NCBI GenBank assembly: GCA_018714385.1 | Contig: DVNL01000007.1 | Span: forward strand, 6,037-70,036 | Direction: 5' to 3' | DNA from: Candidatus Enterosoma merdigallinarum | Lineage (GTDB): Bacteria; Bacillota_I; Bacilli_A; RFN20; CAG-288 | DNA: 64,000 bases | Shown here: piece by piece, positions 41,530 to 50,390 of the stretch | Layout: the number at the start of each line of letters is the position of its first letter | Numbering within the stretch: position 1 is the stretch's first letter | Made by a program: the position numbers and the translations under genes | Notes under the pieces: generated by a model | What the model was told of the DNA's origin: nothing | The model's database searches: none | The model's input: the letters and a program-made list of their open reading frames with translations, nothing else

Positions 41530-42386
41530 GAATCGCCATCGCCTATTTTTCCGGCACGGGAAATACCGCCATGTGTGTGACGAAGATGAAAGAGGTGTTC
41601 GACGAAAGGGGGCAGGAATGTTTTCTCTTGCCGTTGGAGAGGGGAATGCCGGAGGATCTTTCCGACTTTGACGTCTTGATTCTCGGATATCCGGTTCATG
41701 CCTTCAATGCGCCGGAAATCGTCTTGTCTTTCGCAGAAAGTCTTTCCACCTTTCCCAAGGACAAAAACATCTATGTGGTGAAGACTTCCGGGGAAGGACT
41801 CTCCCTGAATGAGCACTCCTCCGCCCGTCTTTCCAAGATTCTCCGGAAAAGAGGCTATGCAATCGAAGGAGAGTTCCACTACCTTATGCCTTACGATATG
41901 GTCTTCCGCCACACCGAGGACATGGCCTATCGGATGTGGGAGACGGCAAAGGCCCTTATCCCATTGGATTGCAAGGTCGTCCTGGAGGGAAGAGGAACGA
42001 CAGTGAAGACAGGGCCCTTCCTGCGTTTCCTCCTTTGTCTTTTCCGTGTCGAGCAGAAGGCGAGCGGCCTTCTTTGCAGGACCTTCCGCGTTTCCAAGAA
42101 ATGCACCCGCTGCGGCCTTTGCGTCCGGGATTGTCCGACGAAGAACATCGCAATGACCGAGAAAGGAGTCCGTTTCTCCAACCGTTGCCTTCTTTGCATG
42201 CGCTGTGCCTTCCGCTGTCCCGCGAACGCCATCCATATCGGAATCCTGGACTTCATGAAAGTCAACGGGCCGTATCGCTTCAGGAAGACGGGAGACATCG
42301 CCAAAGAAAAGAAGTATTGCCGGAAGTCTTACGATCGATATTTCAGGAAAGCCGAAGAGAGGATCCGCAAAGCAGAGGAAAATTAG
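41526..42386 (+). CDS. Flavodoxin-ferredoxin fusion (EFR1-type)
   Basis: 'YFSGTGNT' flavodoxin motif; two CxxCxxCxxxCP motifs. Confidence 0.9.
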   Translation: MRIAIAYFSGTGNTAMCVTKMKEVFDERGQECFLLPLERGMPEDLSDFDVLILGYPVHAFNAPEIVLSFAESLSTFPKDKNIYVVKTSGEGLSLNEHSSARLSKILRKRGYAIEGEFHYLMPYDMVFRHTEDMAYRMWETAKALIPLDCKVVLEGRGTTVKTGPFLRFLLCLFRVEQKASGLLCRTFRVSKKCTRCGLCVRDCPTKNIAMTEKGVRFSNRCLLCMRCAFRCPANAIHIGILDFMKVNGPYRFRKTGDIAKEKKYCRKSYDRYFRKAEERIRKAEEN

Positions 42387-42432
42387 AAAAGACCCGGAAA
42401 AAACAGGAAAGAAAAGGGGCTAAAGGAAATTC

Positions 42433-44919
42433 CTATTTTCGCTGAAGGAATTTCCCGGTCAGGCTTTTCGGATTGGAGCGAATCCTTTCGATAGGTCCCG
42501 CTTCGACGATTCGGCCTCCCTCCTTTCCTCCACCGGGTCCCATGTCGATGATATAGTCGGCATTTCTAATGACGTCGAGATCGTGCTCGATGACGACGAC
42601 CGTCGCTCCGGAATCGATGAGCGTCTGGAAGACGGAAAGCAGTGTTCGGACATCGAGGGGATGCAGGCCGATCGTCGGTTCGTCAAAGACGAACAGCGCA
42701 TCTTCCTGTCCCTTTCCCATCTCGCTGGCGAGTTTGAGCCTTTGGGCTTCTCCGCCGGAAAGGCTGGGCGTTTCCTCGCCCAAGGTGAGATAGCCAAGCC
42801 CCAGTTTCGAGAGCACTTCCAGTCTTTGCCGAACGAGCTTCATGTCGCGACAGTCTTCCATGGCATCGTCGATGTCCTCGGCCATCAATTGCGGCAAGGT
42901 GAAGCTTCGTCCGTTCTTGGCTCGATAGCGGATCTGGTCTGCCTCTTTTCCATACCGGGTTCCACGGCAGTCGGGACATGGGATTTCGACGTCCGGGAGG
43001 AATTGGACATCCAGGCTGATCGTTCCCGTCCCGTCGCAGGTCGGACAGCGGAGTTTTCCCGTGTTGTAGGAGAAATCGCCTGCCTTGAAGCCGAGTGTCT
43101 TGGCTTCCGTTTGACGCGCGAATGTCTTTCTCAGTTCGTCGTGGACTTCGGCATAGGTGGCGACGGTGGAACGGACGTTTATGCCTATCGGCGTGGCATC
43201 GATGAGTTTGACATGGCGGATCCCGGAAGGGTCGACGGATTTGACGTGGGAAGGCAAAGCCTTATTCTCGATGCAGGCCTTCAAGCCGGGGACAAGACTT
43301 TCCAAGACCAACGTCGTCTTTCCGGAGCCGGAAACGCCGGTGACGACGGTGAGCCTTCCCTTTGGAATTTCGACGGATAGAGGCTTGACGGTATGAATTT
43401 CATTCGTAGAGAGACAAATCCTCCCTTTTTCAAAAAGATGGTCATTTCCGATGACATGGTGAATTCTTTCTGGATTCGGATTGAACAAAAATGGGCCAAT
43501 CTTTGAACTTTTGTTCTTTGCCAAATCGTCTGGCTTGCCTTGAGCGATGATTTCGCCGCCTTTGGATCCGGCTCCCGGTCCCATTTCGACTATCCAGTCT
43601 GCTTGGGAGAGGACTTGCGAGTCGTGATCGACGAGGATGACGGAGTTTCCGTCATCGACGAGATCCTTCATGACGCCGACAAGGCCGACGATGTTTGCCG
43701 GATGGAGTCCGATGGACGGCTCGTCCAGGACATAAAGAACGCCCGTCGTCCTGTTTCGGACGGCGCGGGCAAGCTGCATTCTTTGCCTTTCCCCGGTCGA
43801 GAGAGTCGAGGCGGCACGATCCAGCGAGAGATATCCAAGGCCCAGATCCAGCAGTCTTTTTGCCGTGGAGAGAAGGGACTCGCAGATGCTTTCGGCCATG
43901 GGGCGCATTTCCTCGGGAAGGCTTCCGGGCACGCCTTTCGTCCATTCGACGAGTTCGGAAAGGGGCATCTTGCACGCCTTGTCCAAAGAGATTCCCCGAA
44001 GCAGAGGGGAGCGGGCCTTGTCGGAAAGACGCGTCCCCATGCAATCCGGGCAGATATCCTGCCTCAGGAATTTCTCGACGCGTTTCATGCCGCTTTCGTC
44101 CTTGACTTTCGCCAAGGCGTTTTCCACGGTGTGGACGGCGCTGTAGTAGGTGAAGTCCAGTTCGGCCGCGTCGTTGGAGTTCTTGGCCTTGTAGAAGATA
44201 TGCTTCTTGACGGCCGGGCCGTTGTAGACGATTTCCTTTTCCTCCGGAGTCAGGTCCTTGAATGGGATGTCCGTCCTTACGCCCATGGCGCGGCAGACAT
44301 CGACCATGAGCGACCACATCAAAGAGTTCCACGGCGCGACGGCCCCTTGCTCGAGGGTGAGGTTTTCATCCGGCACGAGCGTGGCAAGGTCGACTTTCCG
44401 GACGATGCCTGTCCCTTGGCAGGTCGGGCAGGCGCCTTGGCTGTTGAAGGAGAGCTCTTCCGCCGACGGAGCATCGAACTGGGCATGGCAGACAGGGCAG
44501 ACCAGAGTCTTTCCGGCTGCGACATCGAGCGTCGGCTCCAGATAGTGGCCGTTCGGGCAACGATGTCTTGCCAAACGGGAATACATCAAGCGAAGGCTGT
44601 TGAGAAGCTCGGTCCCCGTCCCGAAGGTGCTGCGGATTCCCGGGACGCCCGGCCTTTGATGCAAGGCCAGAGCCGCCGGAACGTAGAGGATTTCGTCGAC
44701 CTGTGCCTTTCCGGCCTGCGTCATCCTTCTTCGGGTATAGGTCGAGAGAGCCTCCAGATAGCGTCTCGATCCTTCCGCATAGAGGACGCCGAGGGCAAGG
44801 GAGGACTTTCCGGAACCAGATACGCCGGCAATGCCGACGATCTTCCCCAAAGGGATGTCGATGTCGATGTTCTTGAGATTGTGGACTTTTGCACCACGAA
44901 TTTCGATATGGTCTCTCAT
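42433..44919 (-). CDS. UvrA-like ABC ATPase (class II UvrA2/DrrC-type)
   Basis: 'HNLKNID', two GVSGSGK Walker A motifs, Zn fingers, 'LSTGERQR' and 'LSGGEAQR'; 828 aa, shorter than canonical UvrA. Confidence 0.88.
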   Translation of the reverse strand: MRDHIEIRGAKVHNLKNIDIDIPLGKIVGIAGVSGSGKSSLALGVLYAEGSRRYLEALSTYTRRRMTQAGKAQVDEILYVPAALALHQRPGVPGIRSTFGTGTELLNSLRLMYSRLARHRCPNGHYLEPTLDVAAGKTLVCPVCHAQFDAPSAEELSFNSQGACPTCQGTGIVRKVDLATLVPDENLTLEQGAVAPWNSLMWSLMVDVCRAMGVRTDIPFKDLTPEEKEIVYNGPAVKKHIFYKAKNSNDAAELDFTYYSAVHTVENALAKVKDESGMKRVEKFLRQDICPDCMGTRLSDKARSPLLRGISLDKACKMPLSELVEWTKGVPGSLPEEMRPMAESICESLLSTAKRLLDLGLGYLSLDRAASTLSTGERQRMQLARAVRNRTTGVLYVLDEPSIGLHPANIVGLVGVMKDLVDDGNSVILVDHDSQVLSQADWIVEMGPGAGSKGGEIIAQGKPDDLAKNKSSKIGPFLFNPNPERIHHVIGNDHLFEKGRICLSTNEIHTVKPLSVEIPKGRLTVVTGVSGSGKTTLVLESLVPGLKACIENKALPSHVKSVDPSGIRHVKLIDATPIGINVRSTVATYAEVHDELRKTFARQTEAKTLGFKAGDFSYNTGKLRCPTCDGTGTISLDVQFLPDVEIPCPDCRGTRYGKEADQIRYRAKNGRSFTLPQLMAEDIDDAMEDCRDMKLVRQRLEVLSKLGLGYLTLGEETPSLSGGEAQRLKLASEMGKGQEDALFVFDEPTIGLHPLDVRTLLSVFQTLIDSGATVVVIEHDLDVIRNADYIIDMGPGGGKEGGRIVEAGPIERIRSNPKSLTGKFLQRK

Positions 44920-44931
44920 TTGTCGTTCTTC

Positions 44932-46812
44932 CTATTGAATCTCTTTTCCCGTCATGGCGGAGAGATATCGTGCAAGATCGTCGTCCTCACAATAGACGAA
45001 GCAGCCTTTTTGGCCTCGCGACAGGAGGACGCGATATGTGTTTCGGATGATTCTGTCCGCCAAGGCATAGTTGCGGGAGGTTTTGATTCCCAGGAGGGAC
45101 TTGTCCGTTTTTGCCCGCATCGTGCAATCGGTCTGAACATGGCCGTCTTGATAGATGAGGTCCCTTCCTATGATGACTCCGACATAGTCCAACTCCAGAC
45201 CCTGGCTGGTATGGATGCATCCGACCTGGTCGAAGGAGTCGGGATCTATCGCCCAGGTTTTCGTCTTGTTGAAATTCCATTGGGCCTTGAAGCCGTCCTT
45301 CAAAAGAATGTCGTATTGGGTGTCGTCTGTTTTGGAAACCCAATTGTAGCAGTATCCGGCGACTAACCGGGCCTTGTTGTTTCCGTTTTTCTCCCTCAGG
45401 ATTTCCCGCATCTTCGTCGGGCTCGAGTAGATACGGAAATCGTAGTCGAAGTCGAAAGCCGTGTTCGCCGTCTCGCGAATGCCAAGAAGGTTGTCCAAGA
45501 AGGCGAGATAACCGTCGGAGCCATTGCAGCGGAACTGGCTGACCAAGGTCAGGGAGGGATCGTCGATGACATGGCTGTTTTCCTCTCTGGCCATCTCTTT
45601 GATCATCCTGACGTTTCCGAAGTCGCTCGTCGTCACGATCTGGTCTTCGTCGATGAAGAAGACGGAGACCTTCGAGGCGTGGATGATTTCTTTCGCCTGA
45701 TTGGTTCCTTTGTTGTGGAACATGCCGCTTTTCTCATTGAGCCGGTGCGCCTCGTCGCAAATGAGACAATCGAAAACATCTCTTTTTTCATCGACGAAGC
45801 ATCCGCTCGACATGAAAAGATTCTTGACATATCCCTTCCTGTAGTTTTGTCCGATCAGGTTGGCGGAATAGACTTCTCTGGGGGCACTATTCTTGGTGAC
45901 GTAGGCGCAGCTAAGGCCTTTTTGCAATAATGTTGCAAGAAGCTGTATGGCGATGACGCTTTTTCCAGTTCCAGGGCCGCCACGGACGATGATGGTGTGC
46001 TTTGGAGTCGAGTCCGAAGTGGGGCTCTTTTCTGCCGTCGCCTTTTCGACACAGTCGAGAATGGTCTCATAGGCGACTTTCTGTTCGTCGATAAGATAGA
46101 ATTCCCGGTTTCCCTTTATCATGCTGACGATGGTGTCTTGAAGGGCCTTGCTCGGCCTTAGCCTTCCGTAATCAAAAGACATCAAGACATCCTTGCCATC
46201 TTTCTTATGAATAAATCTTTTTATGAAATTGCGAAGTTTTACCGTATCTCTTCCTAGAAATATTGGTGCAAGAGAGATGATTTCATGATAGAAATCGTTG
46301 TCGATGTGTTTTCTGTTCTGCTCTAGGTAATTGTGTAGATAGGCACAGGGGTGAAGCCGGATGTTCTTTCTGGCCACATCCTCGTTGTAGTTTTCAATCG
46401 TCTTGGCATAGGTGTAGGCTTGATAGGAGGGATGGCAGACGGCTCTGTTGGCATGCCCGGTGAAGGCGTAGACGATATCCGGCCGTCCGGTCTGCTGACT
46501 GTCCTCCCATTGCTTGAGTTCGACGACGATAACATGGCTTCTTTCGGCATCGTCCTTTCCCGAAATCATGAAATCCACTCGCTTGGAGGTGAGAGGGATT
46601 TGATATTCGATGGCGACTTGGCATTCGTCGTCTATCGCCGCGTCGTCCAAGGCGTTTCGCATGAATTGCATCGAATTCATCCAGGCGCGGTGTTCGCTTG
46701 GGTTGTTGTGGACAACGCCTCTTTCTCGGAATTTGTCTTCCAGGATGTCTGCGATGCTATTGTCGCGGACATCCATCATGAAATTCCTTTTCGTGTCTTG
46801 ATAGATGATCAT
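44932..46812 (-). CDS. DUF2075 (Schlafen group 3-like) helicase with N-terminal PD-(D/E)xK-like domain
   Basis: 'IEYQIP..KRVDF..VVELKQW', 'GGPGTGKS', 'DEAHRL', 'QFRCNG', 'HTSQGLELDYVGVI', 'NTYRVLLSRG'. Confidence 0.88.
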   Translation of the reverse strand: MIIYQDTKRNFMMDVRDNSIADILEDKFRERGVVHNNPSEHRAWMNSMQFMRNALDDAAIDDECQVAIEYQIPLTSKRVDFMISGKDDAERSHVIVVELKQWEDSQQTGRPDIVYAFTGHANRAVCHPSYQAYTYAKTIENYNEDVARKNIRLHPCAYLHNYLEQNRKHIDNDFYHEIISLAPIFLGRDTVKLRNFIKRFIHKKDGKDVLMSFDYGRLRPSKALQDTIVSMIKGNREFYLIDEQKVAYETILDCVEKATAEKSPTSDSTPKHTIIVRGGPGTGKSVIAIQLLATLLQKGLSCAYVTKNSAPREVYSANLIGQNYRKGYVKNLFMSSGCFVDEKRDVFDCLICDEAHRLNEKSGMFHNKGTNQAKEIIHASKVSVFFIDEDQIVTTSDFGNVRMIKEMAREENSHVIDDPSLTLVSQFRCNGSDGYLAFLDNLLGIRETANTAFDFDYDFRIYSSPTKMREILREKNGNNKARLVAGYCYNWVSKTDDTQYDILLKDGFKAQWNFNKTKTWAIDPDSFDQVGCIHTSQGLELDYVGVIIGRDLIYQDGHVQTDCTMRAKTDKSLLGIKTSRNYALADRIIRNTYRVLLSRGQKGCFVYCEDDDLARYLSAMTGKEIQ

Positions 46813-46813
46813 C

Positions 46814-47125
46814 CTAGTATTCTTTCGATGGGGAAGGATACTTGATGGCATTCCTCTTCATTTTCTCGAGGACGATATCGTCGAGATCCAGATGATATTT
46901 CTGGGCGATCTGGACGGCATATATCAGGACATCCGCCAGTTCTTCCTTGATTTTCTCGAGGCTTTGGTCGCAATCCAAATCCGTTCCACTCCATTGGTAT
47001 ATCTCCAGAAGTTCGGAAGCCTCTAAGGCAAGAGAGACGGCCAGATCTTTTCCGTTATGATATTTGTCCCAATCTCTTTCTTTGTTGAAGGCATCGATTT
47101 TGGCAATGGTTTTGTCGCTGAGCAT
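46814..47125 (-). CDS. MazG-like nucleotide pyrophosphohydrolase
   Basis: 'ERDWDKYH', 'EASELLE', 'EELADVLIY', 'NAIKYP'; SD aggagg. Confidence 0.92.
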   Translation of the reverse strand: MLSDKTIAKIDAFNKERDWDKYHNGKDLAVSLALEASELLEIYQWSGTDLDCDQSLEKIKEELADVLIYAVQIAQKYHLDLDDIVLEKMKRNAIKYPSPSKEY

Positions 47126-47330
47126 ATTTTCCTCCTGACACACTATTTTACACGAAAAAAGAAAGGGCATGTTTATGAAAACAAGGGGCAAAAGATAGTA
47201 TCTGTCCCTTTTTATAGAGCCCCTTTGCCAGAACGAAAGATGATAATCATAAGAAATGATCTGCTAATCCAATGAAGAACCTTTGATGATTCGCGTTGAA
47301 CCATCTTTTGTTTTGCACTAATATGATTAT

Positions 47331-50300
47331 ATGAGCCAAATTGGGAAAGTCATTTCGCAAGCCATCAAAGAAGGACACTGGCTTTTGATCGATTATCAAA
47401 GTAAAGATAGCGAAAAAACGACATATTGGATCTCTGTTTTAGATGTTTGCAATGACAAAAATGGTGCAGCAAGGCTAGAGGTCAATATGTTCAATACTTA
47501 TCGATCAATGGATGTTTTGAAAGGGAAAATCTTTTTCGATAGCATCCTTTCGGCTACGATATTGCCCTTTACGGATTATGAAGTTCCTGAAGCGTTGGAA
47601 GAGAAATTGAGGATATCGTCCAAGGAATATCCTTGGCTGGAATACGATTCCTATCGAAACAGTTTATTGAATTATTATTTGGATTGTCGACATTTGGACA
47701 ATGATCCTTCACAAAAAGAAGGAAATTTCTTGCCTGGTGTTGATGTCGAACGGCTTTTGAGCATTGGGCAGATTCCTTTGAATGAGGAACAGGAACAGAT
47801 TGTCGCAAAATCCATCGTAGAAAAATATGGGAAAGAAAGCGAAAAGGGAATGGCCGAATATCGCTTTGCCATTTCAGTCGTTTCTATCGAAAAACAGGGA
47901 AGGATTTATGTCGTTTGCTATCACAATCTCACATTCAATCCCCTGACGAAATATTTGTCGATCGACAAAGAGCTTTGCTTCAATATGAGCTTTCTCTGCC
48001 GTTTGTTTCCGGACAAGCCGGAAATTGTGGAAAGAGACAGATTTTCTTTGTCGAACTACGTCGATATGAACGTCAATGAATTTATCGAGATTTTCAAACG
48101 AGACAGGAAGGAAGGCCTGGATATCTTGCGGGGCGGATTGAAATATAGGGAATATCTCGTCGACTCCAGAAATGAACTCCTTATTCTTGAACGTCCTTTT
48201 ATGAGCAGTCTTGAAAAGACCTATCAGGAAATCGAGGACGAATATCAAGCTGGAACTCTCCCATATCCCCTTAGGGCTTTCTTCGGGAATGTTTCGAGGG
48301 CATTCTATAACCATGCCAGAAAAGAGCCTTATTTGGTGATTTATGATGAAAAAACGAACATCGATCAGGTCTTGGCGCTTTATAACGCCTTAAAGTATCC
48401 TGTCACCTATGTTCAAGGGCCTCCGGGAACGGGGAAAACACAGACTCTGATCAATGTTATTCTGAGCGCTTTTTTCAATAAAAGAACAGTCTTGATGTCT
48501 TCTGGAAACAACAGACCTGTTGATGCGATCATCGATAAGCTGAAATTTGTTTACAAAGATAAAATACCGATACCCTTTCCATGGCTTCGTTTGGGAAACA
48601 AAAATGAAATGCTAAAGGCTTTGGAACGAATCAAAGAGATATCTCGATATACCACCAATAGCAAACCGGATCCGACAAAGCTCGAAAAGATATTCTCAGA
48701 TCACAATTCCAAAATCGAAAAATTGCTTTCTCTTTTAAAAATATATGAACAAAAGCAGGATATTCGTGAAAAGGGGAGTAATTTGCGTAATTTTTTGGCT
48801 GTTGGTAAATTGCCAGAAGAATTCAACTCTTTTCTCGAAAAGCAATTGGAAAGATATATCACAGAATATAAGGCCCTTCCGACGATTCAGAATGAGGATG
48901 TCATTTCGCTTTGCAACCCTGTTTCCAATGATTTTAAGTTCTTACAATTTTTGTATTTTGAGTCTTTGAATTATATTCTCAAGCTTAAATTGCCAAGATA
49001 TCAGCCTCTTATCGAAATTTGCAATATAGACGAGGAAAAGAAAAAAGTCTCGGAGTTTAATCACTGGCTGTCGGACGATGACAATCTTGCTCTTCTGAAT
49101 GATGTCTTTCCCATTATTTTTTGCACCAACATGTCTTCTGCGCGCCTTGGGACGGGAAAATATAAATTTGACTTGACGATTATGGATGAAGCAGGACAGT
49201 GCTCTATTTCTGATGCTTTGCTGCCCATCGCTCGAGGCCGTTCCTTGCTTATCCTTGGAGACCAATCGCAATTGCACCCCATTGTCTTGCTAGATGATAC
49301 GACCGATGCCGCTCTTCGGGAAAAATATAGAATCGATCCAAGTTATGCTTATAGCAATAATTCTATTCTCACGGTCATGAAGCGACATGATAATATCTCC
49401 AAATTTGTCTTTCTTTCTTACCATTACCGTTGTGGAGAAAAAATCATTTCCTTTTCGAACCAGCGGTATTATGGAAAGAAAATCAAACCAAAATCCCCAA
49501 ATGGTCTGGGCAGCGTCGAACTTCATGAGGTCGAAAACAAAAATGCCGGGACCAGCGATAATTATCGAAATGCGTGCTACGAAGAAGCCAAGGCGATTGT
49601 GTCGTTTGTCAAGAAGGCAAATATGATGAACACGACTATACTTTGCCCCTTTGTCAACCAAGTCAATCTTATCAACAAATTTTTGGAGGAATCTGGCATT
49701 CATGAAGTCAAAGCCGGAACGATTCACACTATGCAGGGGGCAGAGAACGACACGGTGATTTTATCGACGGCCATTTCGCATAAAACGCAGCGACGAACTT
49801 ATGAATGGGTAAAAAACAATTCGGAATTGTTCAACGTTGCATCGACAAGAGCCAAAAAGAAGTTCATCATCTATGCCGACGTCAAGGCTATCAACGCCTT
49901 GTCTAAAGGACAGGATGATGATCTTTCCGAATTGGTTAAATTCGCCTTGAAGAATGGCAATGTCGTCGTTGAGCCGAACGAGAAATATACCATGGAAATC
50001 GGATATTCGAACAACAGCGCAAGCGAAGCCGAATTCTGGAAGACGATGAGTCATCTTTGTAGCGTCTACCCGAAATATACTGCCAGAAGAAATGTCCCGG
50101 AATCCGAAGTTTTTTCCGACAGGCCGGAAGCTTCCTCTTTTAAAGGGGAATTCGATCTTGTTTTATTCGAAAGAAAAAAGCCTGTTATGGCATTCGAAAT
50201 CAACGGAATGGAACATTCCGTCGATGCCAGGACCATTGAGAGAGATAGGAAAAAGCAGGCGCTTTGTCTAGAAATGGGATTCCAGTTGGTTTTTATCGGA

Positions 50301-50390
50301 AACAGAGACGTCAAAGACTATGAACTAATAAAGGATCTTATTCGCAGCTTCGTTCGGTCCCGGCACAAAGAATCTAATATGGAGGCGTAG
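47331..50390 (+). CDS. WYL-like / SF1 (Upf1/DNA2-like) helicase / DUF2726 nuclease-like fusion
   Basis: N-term 'ISQAIKEGHWLLIDYQSKD'; 'QGPPGTGKT', 'MDEAGQ', 'GDQSQL', 'HYRC', 'TIHTMQGAE', 'NVASTRAK'; C-term 'FDLVL...AFEINGMEH...RDRKK'. Confidence 0.85.
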   Translation: MSQIGKVISQAIKEGHWLLIDYQSKDSEKTTYWISVLDVCNDKNGAARLEVNMFNTYRSMDVLKGKIFFDSILSATILPFTDYEVPEALEEKLRISSKEYPWLEYDSYRNSLLNYYLDCRHLDNDPSQKEGNFLPGVDVERLLSIGQIPLNEEQEQIVAKSIVEKYGKESEKGMAEYRFAISVVSIEKQGRIYVVCYHNLTFNPLTKYLSIDKELCFNMSFLCRLFPDKPEIVERDRFSLSNYVDMNVNEFIEIFKRDRKEGLDILRGGLKYREYLVDSRNELLILERPFMSSLEKTYQEIEDEYQAGTLPYPLRAFFGNVSRAFYNHARKEPYLVIYDEKTNIDQVLALYNALKYPVTYVQGPPGTGKTQTLINVILSAFFNKRTVLMSSGNNRPVDAIIDKLKFVYKDKIPIPFPWLRLGNKNEMLKALERIKEISRYTTNSKPDPTKLEKIFSDHNSKIEKLLSLLKIYEQKQDIREKGSNLRNFLAVGKLPEEFNSFLEKQLERYITEYKALPTIQNEDVISLCNPVSNDFKFLQFLYFESLNYILKLKLPRYQPLIEICNIDEEKKKVSEFNHWLSDDDNLALLNDVFPIIFCTNMSSARLGTGKYKFDLTIMDEAGQCSISDALLPIARGRSLLILGDQSQLHPIVLLDDTTDAALREKYRIDPSYAYSNNSILTVMKRHDNISKFVFLSYHYRCGEKIISFSNQRYYGKKIKPKSPNGLGSVELHEVENKNAGTSDNYRNACYEEAKAIVSFVKKANMMNTTILCPFVNQVNLINKFLEESGIHEVKAGTIHTMQGAENDTVILSTAISHKTQRRTYEWVKNNSELFNVASTRAKKKFIIYADVKAINALSKGQDDDLSELVKFALKNGNVVVEPNEKYTMEIGYSNNSASEAEFWKTMSHLCSVYPKYTARRNVPESEVFSDRPEASSFKGEFDLVLFERKKPVMAFEINGMEHSVDARTIERDRKKQALCLEMGFQLVFIGNRDVKDYELIKDLIRSFVRSRHKESNMEA

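Noticed and set aside
42433-44919. Calling this the canonical uvrA
   Set aside because: Shorter than class I UvrA, no uvrB/uvrC nearby, and class II features; gene symbol withheld
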